NCBI GenBank assembly: GCA_009914755.4
Contig: CP068257.2
Coordinates: 25,664,001-25,728,000, forward strand
DNA from: the human T2T-CHM13v2.0 reference genome, Homo sapiens
Length of the DNA stretch: 64,000 nucleotides
Direction of reading: 5' to 3'
The notes under the pieces were generated by a model. The model saw only the letters and a list, made by a program, of their open reading frames with translations, did no database searches and was not told where the DNA came from. This document shows positions 1 to 13,083 of this stretch, in pieces. The position numbers were made by a program, and so were the translations under genes. Numbering within the stretch: position 1 is the stretch's first letter; each line of letters opens with the position of its first letter.

Positions 1-389
1 CTTCACCACCAAAGGTTAACATCTGGAGTGACACATAGAAGATTTCTTCTTAATAAAAAGAAATCCAAGCTATATAACTTACTTTATTATTTCTGCTTCA
101 ACACTGCATAAAATACATGTCTTTTGTCTTGCAATGATTACATTCACAACTAGATAAGATAACTTTAAAACAAAGATAGCCAATAATACCCATCATAAAA
201 CAAGCACAGAAACAAGACAAGATAAATTCATGTAGGGGTAAATTATTTAGCCTTGTGACCAGCATATGTGTCTGATACTGGCATTGGACAGATATTCATA
301 TGCCATTATGTTTTGTAGTAATGTAACCAAGATCTAAAACAGGAAGTAGGAAAACAACCCATATGGTCTGCATGAAATATGCTTCTTCC

Positions 390-694
<305 letters not shown>

Positions 695-3217
695 AAATAT
701 GTTTTTTCCAAAAGCCTCACTGCTGATGATTATGGAGAATTCTTAAACAGTGACTGACAACCCAACTGGGACTTCTCACTAACCGTTGCTGGAAAGTTTC
801 ATTTCACCCCCAAAAGTAGACTGCAGTAGCTTAGCACTGGATTATACATAAAAGTGCCCAGGCTACTCTTCAGGTGCAAGTAGTTGTGTGCTGACAAATT
901 GGATGTCTGCGAAAAAAAATATCCGGATTTGTAGCCAATTTCCATGGTGTAAATACTCTTACAATGGCCAATTTCCAGCTACCAGCTAACTTTCAAAATT
1001 TCAAAATATTTCATAAAACCATAAGAGACAGTTACAAAATACCACTGGCCTGCCCAGGGGTCTTAAGAGAGGTCCCAGGACTCCATCCACAATGTAAGTT
1101 GTCCTTCATTCCATATCAGGAAGCCCTCAGTGTGTAAGCACCATCAAAAACCATTACTGCCTCCCTCTACATCTGTCTTTATTTTTCTGACAACTTAGTG
1201 TTTCTCTCTGGGGATGTTTAACAACTACCCTATTTAGTATCTGAGTCAGTGAATAGCAGAAATTTTAATTCCTATTTACAAGTAGATACATTGCTTGTTA
1301 AATATTTTGTAAACTGTAAAATGGAGAAACACTATTGTTTTTTTTTAATTACTATTTTCTCCTTAATTTCCTCTGTGAGATTACTGATCCCTGTATTGTT
1401 CTCTTCTTTCATAAACATCAAGCAAACATCAGACGTTGCTAAAATCCCAACTGCTACATTTCAATTTTACTCCTTTCTACAGACTGTGTTTGAAGAAAGT
1501 AATTTGAATTATTTATATCCCTAAGTTTACAGCTATTAAATGGGAATTATAATAGCTATTGTTCACATGAGCTGAAAATTACAAAATCGCTGGATTTATT
1601 CATGCTCCATGTCTAAAATGTCTTCGAATCACTGCATTTGTGCTTAATTAAATTCAGTTGTTTTCCAGTTTTTTGCCAAGTACATTAAAGTTGAAGTTAA
1701 AATCTGTTTTTATTTTTATTTGATGCCAAGGGAGCAAGATATCAACATATGTCAAATTTAAAGGGAAATATATCTATTAATACATACACACTATCATGCA
1801 AGATGTTCCAACTGTGCACATTTCTCAAGAGGAGAGGAGAAAAAATCTACAAAAATGACTTTTGCTGCAAGAAGAATATAAACAAGTTAAAATCCTTTCG
1901 TGATAACAAAAGTCTCACAAAAGAGGACTGGACTTTGTCCATGTTTTAGGAATTTGCAGATATAAAGAGTTAGTTATCTTCTACTCCAGCTCTGTAATGT
2001 GTAGTGTGAAAATATTTGCTGTCAGAAAAAAACAAAGTGGGAAGGCATAGATTTCACTGACAGAGAGAGATCAAGAATCCTTTCACCTCATATCTTTATA
2101 TTTCTAACTTTCATCAAATGCTTGCAATATGACAAAAACATTGATTTTTTTACTACTCTCCCCATAACCCCAAACTTTTAAAAAATCCTGCAAGCATCTT
2201 GTTCTTTGGCATGAAATTCACTGTTAAGGCATGTTGTAAGGGCCCTGCTTGCCTAGCTGCATAATACTAAGCAGTTTAGTGCAGCATAGCTGATAGGCTA
2301 CTCCTTTCTATTTTTTTCCACTAAAATGTCAGCAAGTTTTAGGCAAAGAAGCATATGAGGTAATATAACACATACGCCAATAAGGATATTAATTTCTAAA
2401 GAATGCATCCAAACAATTGAGAGTGTTACAGGAACACTTTCTCAGTTAACTCCCCAAAGGGTGTAACAAAAACTAAATCTATCTGTAAAAAGTAGTTTAT
2501 AAAACATGTATTACATTATGTTTGAATAAATGTGGTTTTAGGAGTGTTTTTGGTACACTATACAAATCCAACTCTCCTAATCTCAGTATTTGTCATAAAG
2601 GTCCACTCCTCAAAAAAAAAAACAATTCAAACACTCAAAATTGTATCATTTCGGTAGTTCGAGACTTGGAACTTTTGAAGACTTTATGTCAACAGAAAAA
2701 TAATTCAGCCCGTTCCTTAGCTTTTAGGAACATTACTTTCTCAATGTTGTATTAATTCATACTTCTAAACCCAGGAGATTCAGCGATATTTGTGTGCAGA
2801 AAAGGATGAAAAGTCCTTACTCCATTAGATAAAACAATTTGCATCTTAGCTCCATTGTATAGCACATCTTTATCTCACTTTGAGACTTAGAATGATTGGT
2901 GAAAATTGCAAGTGTTGTCCAGTAAAACAAAAACAACAAAAAACGCAGGGTGGTGATGGTAAGGGTGGGGGGTGTGGAACAATAGGACTGGAATTGTCCA
3001 CTGCTCTCTGCACAGATAAGCTAACAGGAGAAAGCCAATGTCCTGAATTAGAAGGGTCCAGAAGCAAATTATTTTCACTGGAGACATTCCTTGAAGTCCC
3101 AGTCTAATGTGGGGTTTACCATTTTTCTCATAAAATTTACAATTTCCCTTCATACTGTCGAGCACTATTGGTTGTAATATTTGTAGTTCATGAGTATTTG
3201 TTTAATGATTGTTTTCC

Positions 3218-3364
3218 TTTTTTTTAATTATACTTTAAGTTTTAGGGTACATGTGCACAACGTGCAGGTTAGTTACATATGTATACATGTGCCATGTTGG
3301 TGTGCTGCACCCATTAACTCGTCATTTAACATTAGGTATATCTCCTAATGCTATCCGTCCCCAC
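3218..3364 (-). mobile_element. Young L1PA 3'-terminal fragment (~145 bp), severely 5'-truncated
   Basis: Poly-T at 3218-3225, then the reverse complement of the L1PA 3' UTR end: aattatactttaagttttagggtacatgtgcacaacgtgcaggttagttacatatgtatacatgtgccatgttggtgtgctgcacccattaactcgtcatttaacattaggtatatctcctaatgctatcc. Confidence 0.8.
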
Positions 3365-5619
3365 TCTAAGCTCCGTGAGGCAAGGCTATTATATTCAATG
3401 CCATGAACTGTCCTTGGCTTTTTCTGTACCTCAAATCTACCATGATGCTAACAAGTTTTCCTCTGCTATTTTGTTGTTATTTTCAGTGACGTTCACCAGA
3501 CATGGCCTGACTGCTATCTCTTTTCTTCTATCCATATCCAAGATTCTCGATTGACCTGTGAATTGACTGCTCTTGAGTTAATGCTGAATCCTGGTCCAAG
3601 TGGTTGCTTTTAGAGGGAAGTCAGATCACGAGGGGCAGCATCTCTGCTGAGAGGGCTCCCTTCTATATAAAACTCTCTGACCAGCCAGTGTTCCTTAAAC
3701 AGAGGAGCAAACATGTAAGCTGATATGCACTGTCTCCTCTTTTTATCAATGAGGGCTTTCAGGTACTTTTTCACGCATCTTAAAAATCCAGGACTGTATC
3801 TGGCACTTGAAAAGTTCCAACCAAGTCAGGTAATTTTCTATCTTTTTATACTAATTTTACTAGGTAATTAACTACAACACACATATATATTTAAAAATAT
3901 GTTTATCGTAAATAACAATTACTATGTATTATGGAATATTCGTTTTTCACACTTATTTAATACATCAGTTTATATACATTTCTTCATGGTCTACATAAGA
4001 ACATATTGGTCTGCATTGCTGTTACATTCCAAGAGTAATTCTTAAAATGTTCGTCGTGTGCATCTTTGACTTCATAATAAATACTTTAAATTATTATAAT
4101 GCATGTTTGTGAATTTCTAGTTTTGTAAGGCAGAGTGCTAGAAATGTTTCTTAACAATTTGTAATAACTCACTTTATAATCTCTAATAAAAATAATGAAT
4201 AATTGCAATGCATATCTCTAGAAATAAAATTTCTCTGGACTATATATTTGGAACGAACATTTTAGCTTCTTACATTGTGTATTTTAGAGGTTAAAATATG
4301 GAAACGATCACATATCACACATTTAAATTTAAGTAGCCTATGCAATTAATACTGGAATTAAGTGCTATGTTATAATATTAATTTTTTAGGTACAAGTGAC
4401 CAATATTATGAAATTATTTTTATTTTTAAATTTTATTTAGAATTGGGGTTATATGTGCTTGTATGTTACATATAGTGCTTACTTGTGGTGTTTGAGCTTC
4501 TAAGTGTACCAACAATGAAAATATTGAACATTGTACCTGATAGGTAATTTTTCAACACTCGCCTCTTTTCCACCCTTCCGTCTTTTGGAGTCCCTATTGT
4601 CTATTAGTTCTATCTTTATGTCCATGTGTATGCATTATTTAGCTCCCACTTATAAGTAAAAGCATATGATATTTGGTTTTCCATTTCTAAGTTAGTTTCT
4701 AAGTTAGTTCACTTAGGATATTGGCCTCTATTCCAACTATGTTGCTGCAAAAAACATGATTACATTCTTTTTTATGACTGCAAAGCATTCCATAGTGTAC
4801 ATATATCACATTTTTAAAATTCCAGTCAAACATTAATGGACACTTAGTTTGGTTCCATGACTTTGTTATTGTGAATAGTGCTGCAATGTACAAATTAGTA
4901 CAGGTGTCTTTTCAGTATAATGATTTCTTTTCTTCTGGGTAAGAAAATCTCACTACCCAGTAGTGGGATTTTTGGGCCAAATGGTAGTTCTACTTTTAGT
5001 TGTTTGAGAAATGTCGAAACTGTTTTCCCTAGAAGTTGAACTAATTTATATTTCTACCAACAATATATAAAAGTTCCCTTTTCTCTGCATACACATCAAT
5101 GTTCCCTTTTCTCTGCATACACACCAACACCTGTTTTTTGACTTTTTAGTAATAGCCATTCTGACTGGTGTAAGATGATATTGCAATATGGTTTTAATTT
5201 CATTTCTCTGATGATCAGTGATATTGAGCATTTTTTCATGTGTTTGTTGGCCACTTGTATTTCTTCCTTTGAGAGGTGTTGCTCATGTCCTTTACCCAGC
5301 TTTTAATGGGACTGTTTGCTTGTTTTTTTTGAATTGAGTTCCTCATAGATTCTGATTATTAGTCCTCTGTCAGAGGCATAATTTGCAAATATTTTCTCCC
5401 ATTCTGTAGGTTGCCTGTTTACTCTGCTGATTATTTATTCTGCTATATAGAAGCTTTTTAGTTTAATTAAGTCTCATTTGTCTATTTTTGTTTTTGTTGC
5501 ATTTGTTTTTGAGGTCTTCATCATAAATTCTTTGCCTAAGCCAATGTCCAGAAAAGATTTTCTAATTTTTTTCTAGTATTTTTATAGGTTCAGGTATTAA
5601 ATTTATGTCTTTAAACCAT

Positions 5620-5979
5620 TGATATAGTTTGGCTATGTCCTCACTCAAATCTCATCTTGAATTGTATCTCCTATAATCCCCACGTGTCTTGGGAAGGACC
5701 CGGTGGGAGGTAATTGAATCATGAGGGTAGGTCTTTCCTGCGCCATTCTCATGATAGTAAGTCTCACGGGATCTGATGGTTTTATAGAGGGAGTTTCCCT
5801 GCACATGCTCTCTCTTGCCTGCTGCCATGTGAGATGTCTCTTTGCTCTTCCTTCGTCTTCCATCATGACTGTGAGGCCTCCTCAGCCATGTGGAAAAATT
5901 AGTCCGTTAAATCTCTTTTCTTTATAAATTACCCGGTCTCGGGTATTTCTGTATTAGCAGCATGAAAACAGACTAATAT
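5620..5979 (+). mobile_element. THE1-type MaLR solo LTR nested inside the minus-strand L1
   Basis: tgatatagtttggctatgtcctcactcaaatctcatcttgaattgtatctcctataatccccacgtgtcttgggaaggacccggtgggaggtaattgaatcatgagggtaggtctttcctgcgccattctcatgatagtaagtctcacgggatctgatggttttatagaggg...ttataaattacccggtctcgggtatttctgtattagcagcatgaaaacagactaata matches the THE1 consensus end to end. L1 sequence resumes on both sides. Confidence 0.85.
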
Positions 5980-8900
5980 GTCCATATTGAATTAATTTTT
6001 GTATGTGATGAGAGATAGGTGGTCCAGTTTCATTCTTCTGCATATGACTAGCCAGCTATTCCAGTACCATTTATTGAACAGGATGCTCTTTCTCTATCAT
6101 TTATTTTTGTCAATTTTGTCAAAGATCAGTGGGTTGTAGATATGTGGCTTTATATTGGGTTATCTATTCTGTTCTATTGATCTGTGTACCTATTTTATAC
6201 CAGTATCATGCTCTTTTAGTTACTGTAGCCTTGAGGTAAAATTTGAAGTCCAGCAGTAAAGTCAGGCAAATCTAGATGCCTTCAGATTTGTTTTTTTTGC
6301 TTAGGATTGTTTTGGCTATTGGGGGTCTTTTTGGTTACATATGAAATTTAGATTTTTTCCCCCAATTTCATGAAGGATGATGTTGGTAATTTGATAGAGA
6401 TTGCATTGAATCTGTGGAATCCTTTGGGTAGTATGACCATTTTAATGACATTGATTCTTCAAATCCATGAGAATGGAATATTTTTTATTGTGTCATCTAT
6501 GATTTATTTCATCATTGTTTTATAGTTCTTCCTTAGAGATTTTTCACCTCCTTGGTTAAATGTATTTCTAGGTTGTTGTTGTTTTGTGGCTGTTGTAAAT
6601 GGAATTGAGTTCTTGATTTGGTTTTCAGCTTGAATGTTATTGGTGTATAGAAATGCAACTGATTTTACGTTGATTTTGTGTCCTGAAACTTGACTGATTT
6701 TATTTAAGTCTAGGAGTCCTTTGGATATATCTTTAGAGTTTTTTGCTTGTATGATTATGTCTTCAGTGAACAGAGATAATTTGACTTGTTCCTGTCCAAT
6801 TTGGATGCTTTTTATTTTTGTCTCTTACCTGATTGCTCTAATAACTGCAGTACTGTGTTGAATAGCAGTGGTGAGAGGAGACATCCTTGTCTTGTTCTGG
6901 TTCTTAAGGGGAATGCTTTCAGCTTTCCCCTATTCTATATAATGTTGGCTGTGGATTTGTCATAGATGGCTCTTACTATTTTGAGGTATGTTTCTTCAAT
7001 GCCTAGTTTGTTGATGATTTTTATCATGAAGGAATGCTGAATTTTATTAAATGCTTTTTCTGTTTCTATTGAGGTGGTCATATGGTTTTTGTTTTTAGTT
7101 TTGTTTATGTGATGAATCACATTGATTGATTTCTGGATGTTGAACCATTCTTGCATTGCTGGAATAAAACTCACTTGATTGTGAAGAATTATCTTTTTGA
7201 TATGCTGTTGCATTCAGTTTGCTAGAATTTTATTGAGGATTTTTGCATTGATATTCATCTAGAATATTGGCCTGTGGTATTTTTGTTGTTGTTCTTTTGC
7301 CCTTGCCTGATTTTGGTTATAAGGGTGATACTGATTTTGTGGAATGAGTTAGGGAGTAATCGCTCCTCCTTAGTCTTTTTTTTTTTTTTTTTTTTTTGAA
7401 TAATTTCAGTAAGATTGGTACCAACTCTTCTTTGAACATCTGGTAAAATGCAGCTGTGAATCTGTCTGGTCCTGGGCTGTTGTTGTTGTTGTTGTTGAAA
7501 GATTTTTTATTTCTTATTCTATTTAATTACACATTATTGGTCAGTTCAGGATTTATGTTTCTTCCTGGTTCAATTGTGGAGGGTCATGTTTCCAGGAATT
7601 TATCTATTTCCTCTAGGCTTTCTATTTTGTGTGCATAGAGGTGTTCATAACAGTCTGGAAATCCTTTGCATTTCTGTGGTATCAGTTGTAATGTCCCCTT
7701 CCTTATTTCTGATTTTACTTATTTGAATCTTCTCTCATTTTTTCTTGGCTATGCTAGCTAACCATATGTCAATTTTTCTTATCTTTTCATAAAAACACCT
7801 TTTTGTTTTATTAATCCATTGTATCAATTTATTAGTCTCAACCTCATTTAGTTCTGCTCTTTATTATTTCTTCTGATAGTTTTGGGTTTGGATTATTCTT
7901 GTTTTTATAGTTTCTATAGTTTATAATGTGGATCAACATTAGGTTGTTAATTTGGGATCTTTCTATCTTTTTGATGTGGGCATTTAATGCCATAAACTTT
8001 ACTCTTAGTACTTCTTTTGGTGTATCTCAGAAGTTTTGGTATGTTGTTGTCTCTATTTTCATTCACTTCAAGGAATTTTTTTATTTCTGTCTTAACTTCA
8101 TTGTTTGCAGAAAAGTCATTCAGGAGCAACCTTCCTTGTACTTGTGTAGTTTTGAAACTTCCTCTTAGTATTAATTTCTAATTTTATTAAACTGTGGTTG
8201 AGGAAGATACTTAATATGATTTAGATTTTTTGAAAATTTATTGGTACTTGCTTTATGGCCCAAATATATGGTTGATTTTTGAGAATGTTCCTTGTGGAGG
8301 TGGGAAGAATGTATATTCTGTGGTTGTTGGATAGAATGTTATTTAAATGTCTATTAGGTCCATTTGGTCTATAGTACAGTTTAATCCATAGTTTCTTTGT
8401 TGATGTTCTGCCTCAATGTTCTGTCTAGTGATGTCATTGGGATGTTAAAGTCCTCCCTTATTGTATTCCTATCAATACAATAGTGTTTTCTTAGATGTAG
8501 TAGTATTTGCTTCATGAACCTGGGTGCTCTGGGGTTGGGTACATATGTATTTAAGATATTTAAATTTTCTTGTTGTATTGAACCCTTTATCATTATATAA
8601 TACCCTTCTTTGTCTTATTTTTCTGTTGTTGGTTTAAAGCCTGTTTAATCTGAAATAAGAGTGGCTACTCCTGCTCACTTTTGTTTTCTGTTTATATATC
8701 TTTTTTCTTCTAATTTACTTTGAGTCTGCAGCTGCCTTTAGCCAGTAAGTGAGCCTCTTACATGCAGCAGATGGTTGAGTTCTGGAATTTTTGTTTGTTT
8801 TCTTTGTTTTGTCTTCTTTTGTTTTGTTTTTTACAGTTTCCACTCTATGTTTTTAGAGTAGAGCATTCAAGTCATTTATATTCAAGGATAATGTTGATAG

Positions 8901-10559
8901 GTGAGATTTTATGTTTATCATAGTGTTGTTAGCTAGTTGCCTTGTGGTTTCATTGTGTAGTTGCTTTATGTTATCTGTGAGCTTTGTATTTCTGTCATCT
9001 TTTATGATGGTGTGGGTCATTCTTTCATTTCCATGTGTAGACTGCACATTTGTTGGTGGTCTGGTCTAGTGGTGACAAATTCCCTTGGTGTTTCTTTGTC
9101 GGGGAAAGGTTATATTTCTCCTTAATTTATGAAGCTTAGTTTGGCAGAACACAAAATTCCTGGCTGGCTTTTTTGTTTCTTTAAGTGGGCTAAAAATAGG
9201 CTCTTAATGTCTTCTGGATTATAGGGTTTCTGCTGAGATTTCTGCTGTTAGTATAATAGGATTTCAAAATGATTAGACCCCTCTCTTGATGCTCTTAGAG
9301 TGTTTTTTTTCCCCTCTCATTGACTTTGGATAGTCTGATGACTATATACATTGGTGAAGTTCTTGCAATGTATCTCTAGGAATTCTCTGAGCTTCTGGTA
9401 TCTGAATGTCTAAATCTGTCCCAAGACTAGGGAAGTTTTCTTAAATTATTTCCTCAAATAGGTTTTTCATACATTCTTCTTCTTCTTTGTTTTCTTCTTC
9501 CTCTGTCATTATGTAATTATGTATAACTTGTAGGTTTGGATGTTTTACATAATCTCATATATCCTGAAGTCTTTGTTTATTTAAAATTTTTTTAAATTGT
9601 TTCTCACTGTTAATTTGAAAGACCTGTCTTCTAACTCTATAATTCTTCTTCCACTTGGTCTAGCCTATTGTTAAAATTTTCAGCTGTATTTTGTAACTAT
9701 TTCAAAATTTTTTTTACTTCTAGAAATTCTTTTTATTTTTTAACGATGCCTGTCTCCTTTTCCATGTCCTGAATTTTTTCTCTGATTTCTTTATGTTGGT
9801 TTTAGTTTTCTCTTGGATCTCAATTATTTTCTTTAAAATCAGTATTTTGAATTCTTTATCTGTTATTTCAAAGATTTCATTTTGTTTGAGATCCATTGCT
9901 AGAGAGTTACTGCTTCACTTTGGGGGTGTTGTAACACTGTTTTTTCCTATACTTTTGGAGTTTTTTCTCTTGTTCTTTTACATCTGGATAAGCTGTCTCT
10001 CCTTCATATTTTTTGATTTTGCTTTACTTTGGAAAGGACTTTTTCCCTTCTTGAGGAGGTGTCTACAATGTATGATGTTGTATAGGGTCCTTTTACTTTG
10101 TTTCTGGGAGTTTTCAGTGGTAAAGAGTCTGGAAAAACTCCTTAGTTATTGAAGCCTTTCTATGGTGGCTTTCTCAAATGTTTGTTGTAGTAGCAATGTG
10201 TTAGGCATGTGAGTAGGCTCAGGAAGCTTATCACATTTTCCAGAGCTATGCATTTGTGTCAGCAGATTTCCTCTTGTTTTGTGGGGTTCAACCTCCATGC
10301 CAGTGGGTGGTGCTGTAGTGTTAGAACTGGCTGCAGCCAATCGGGATGGGTATACACTAATACTTGATCCTTGTTTACTATGGGAAGCTCTGTGTTACCC
10401 AAGACAATGGGTTGAACTGTGGAATTCACAGGGTTCTGAGCTCCCTACTTATCTCCAGAGTGGGGGACCAAGGTAGGCAGGGCCCGACTGGACAGGCCTG
10501 CCTCATGTCTCATAATGGCAGGCACAAGCACCAGCTGTGTTGGGGGATTCTAGTGCACA

Positions 10560-11500
10560 GCCACCAAATGCCCACAAGTGTGCCTAGGCATGGAGTTGGA
10601 AAACCTCCACTGCCCCAAGTTTTCTGCACAGGTAGGGGAGTATGGCCTAAACACAACATCAAGAAGAGTGGGTACTCCAAATTCCTGGAGATATATCTGG
10701 GCTTTCAGCACAGAAAGCTCCACTGCACCAAGATCTCTGCACCTGAAGGGAGAGGTGGCTCAGGCTCCAAATTTGGGCAAGTGGATGTACCAAATGCCTG
10801 GAAACATGCCCCAGGAATGCAGAGTACATAAACTGTGGTTGCAAGAAGGTCTTTGCAGGAAAAAAGGGGAGGGGGTGGCTTGAGTGCCTACTGTAGGGGA
10901 GCAGGTGTGCCTCATGCCAGGTAATACACCCAGAGAAGGAATAGAGAAACTGCTGCCACAGCAAGGTCTGCATGAGAAGGGAGGGATAGATTGTACTCCT
11001 AATCTGTGAGAGTGGGCATGCCAAATGCCTGGAGTTCTATCTGAGTGTGGAGCAGAGGGAGTACTGCTCTACGACGTTCTTTTAGCAGAAAGGGGATGGC
11101 AGCTCAAGCTCTTATTCTCAGGGGGCAGATGCACCAAAGCCCTGGAGCTATGTCTGGGCATGGAGCAGAGAGTTTGCTGCTGCACCAAGATCTCTTCATG
11201 AGAAGGGAGGAATGTCTCAGGCTCCTATCCAGCTGTACAAGTGTTCTAAATGCCTGGGACTGTGTCCTGGTGAGGAGTGGAAAAGTCGTCATTGTACAAG
11301 TTCTTTGCAGGGGAAGGAAGAGGCAGCTTAGGCCACTAGTCTGGGACAAAGGGTGTTTTGATTGCTTGGAAATATGTCCTCTGGCGAGGAGTGGAACTCT
11401 CCATGAGGCCATCGGTGCGGGCTGGGGGAAAGAAGGCAGGGTGGCAGGAGTGGAGACCATGGGTATTTGAACCACTTCCTCATGTAACATACTTGTGCCT
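10560..11500. repeat. Tandem ~150-bp repeats of the old L1 5' UTR (part of the L1 above)
   Basis: Recurring blocks containing gcctggag...tatctgggc...ggagcagag...gctgcaccaagatctct...gaagggag...ggctcaggctcc, repeated about 5-6 times with divergence. This is typical of L1PB/L1MA 5' UTRs. The track ORFs 10146-11610 fall here and are not coding. Confidence 0.5.
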
Positions 11501-12102
11501 TCAGGACTTGTTTGAGCCCGATAATATATATACCACTTCCATTTGATGATGGAATGCTGTTGTGCATGACCCACTTTATGGCTAGATCGGTCAGAAAGCA
11601 CCCAGTTCACGACAGGCAGTTCAGGTCACATGGTGACTTGATGACCCACAGTCAAATATACAGTTTCCACCAAAGCCCAGTAACAGGCCAAGAGCTGTCT
11701 CTCAAAAAAGAGAGTAGTTATCTGCAGAAGATGGCAGGGTCTTGCTCCAAAATCCTAGAGGCCTCCACTGTGTTTCACCTATAGGGGCCTGCCAAAGGCT
11801 CCAAACAGCATCCCTATCTTCCACTGACACCTCAAGCACCATTGGATATGCTGGGTCATATGACCCAAGTGTCAGAGCAGCTTGCACAGCAGCCTGGACC
11901 TGTTGCAGAGCATTCTCCTGTTTCTGACCCCACTCAAACTGGCAGCCTCTTGGGTCACACCATCAATGGGCTGGAGTAACACACCCAAATGAAGAATGTG
12001 TTGCCTCCAAAATCCAGATAGGCACACTAGGTGTTGTGCCTGTTTCTTAGTTGTAGGAGGGGCCAAATGCAGCAACTTCTCCTTCACCTTAAAAGGAATA
12101 TC

Positions 12103-12619
12103 TCAACAGGTCCCACACCACTGGATCCCTAGAAATGTTACTGAGGTTGAAAGTCCTTCAGTTTTAGTCGGATTTATTTCCCATCCTCTGGCATGCAAAT
12201 GTCTCACCAATAAGTCCAGTGTGTTTGCTACTACTTCTTGCTTACTGGATCCAGTCAGCAAAATGCCATCAATGTAATGGATCAGTGTGATATCTTCATC
12301 AAAGCAAAAAGCAATCAAGGTCTCTCTGAATAAGATTATGACACAAAGGTGGAGAGTTGATATACCACTGAGGTGGGACAGTAAAGGTATATTGCTGGCC
12401 TTGCCAGCTGAAGGCAAATTGCTTCTATTGGGCCTTATGGACAGGAACGGAGAAAAAGGCATTTGCCAAGTCAATGGCTGCATACCAAGTACCAGGAGAT
12501 GTGGTAATTTGCTCAAGCAATGAAACCACATCTGGTAGGGCAGCTGTAATTGGAGTCATCTCTTGGTTAAGCTTACGATAATCCACTGTCATTCTCCAAG
12601 ATCCATCTGTCTTCTGCAC
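12103..12619 (-). pseudogene. ERV reverse transcriptase N-terminal remnant, frameshifted
   Basis: Two overlapping minus-strand ORFs: [19 protein letters not shown]...[20 protein letters not shown] (RT motif A) and ...DEDITLIHYIDGILLTGSSKQEV... (motif C, YIDD mutated to YIDG). A frameshift lies between them. Confidence 0.75.
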
Positions 12620-13083
12620 AGGCCAAATAGGAGAGTTGTGGGAATCACCACCCCTGCATCTTCCAAGTCCTTGATGGTGGCAGTAATCTTCACAATTCCT
12701 TCAGGAATGTGACATTGTTTTTGACTTACTATTTTTCTAGATAGAGGCGGCTCTAGTGGCTTCAATTTGGCCTTTCCCACCACAATAGCCCTCATCCTAC
12801 CAGTCATGGAGCCAATGTGGGGGTTCTGCCAGCTGCTAAGTATGTCTATGCCAATTATGCATTCGGCCACTGGGAAAATGACCACAGGATGAGACCAGGG
12901 ACCCACTGCACCCACTGTAAGTTGGACCTGAGCTAAAACTCCATTAATTACCTGACCTCTATAAACACTTACTTTGTTTGGAGGACCACAATGATGTTTT
13001 GGGTCTCCTGGAATCAATGTCAGCTCAGAGCCAGTGTCCAGTAGTCCCCAAAATGTCTGATCATTTTCCTTTCCCCAGTGCAC
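12589..13083 (-). pseudogene. ERV aspartic protease remnant
   Basis: Track ORF MHWGKENDQTFWGLLDTGSELTLIPGDPKHH...CIIGIDILSSWQNPHIG contains the D-T/S-G active-site motif and a GRD-like flap segment typical of retroviral proteases. Confidence 0.7.

Larger units (their letters stand above)
4420..11525 (-). mobile_element. Near full-length older L1 LINE (L1PB/L1MA-like): 3' UTR, ORF2, ORF1 and tandem-repeat 5' UTR, all degenerate
   Basis: Reverse complement of the L1 3' end at 4420-5300 (e.g. cattctgactggtgtaagatgatattgcaatatggttttaatttcatttctctgatgatcagtgatattgagcattttttcatgtg). Track ORFs on the minus strand (6935-7213, 8381-8593, 8853-9047) translate to L1 ORF2 reverse-transcriptase and endonuclease fragments. 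ORF1-like region ~9000-10200. A 5' UTR with ~150-bp tandem units spans ~10560-11500. Many frameshifts and stops, so non-functional. Confidence 0.85.

Noticed and set aside
10560-11500. Possibility of a CRISPR-like or satellite array because of regular ~150-bp repeats
   Set aside because: The units are diverged copies without the unique-spacer / identical-repeat structure of CRISPR. They are contiguous with L1 ORF1 sequence and match the known L1 5' UTR architecture. The rest of the window is plainly primate DNA.
10146-11610. Cluster of 60-170 aa ORFs in several frames, superficially gene-dense
   Set aside because: They lie in the tandem-repeat 5' UTR of the minus-strand L1. The peptides are repetitive, have no recognisable domains, and overlap heavily in alternative frames.
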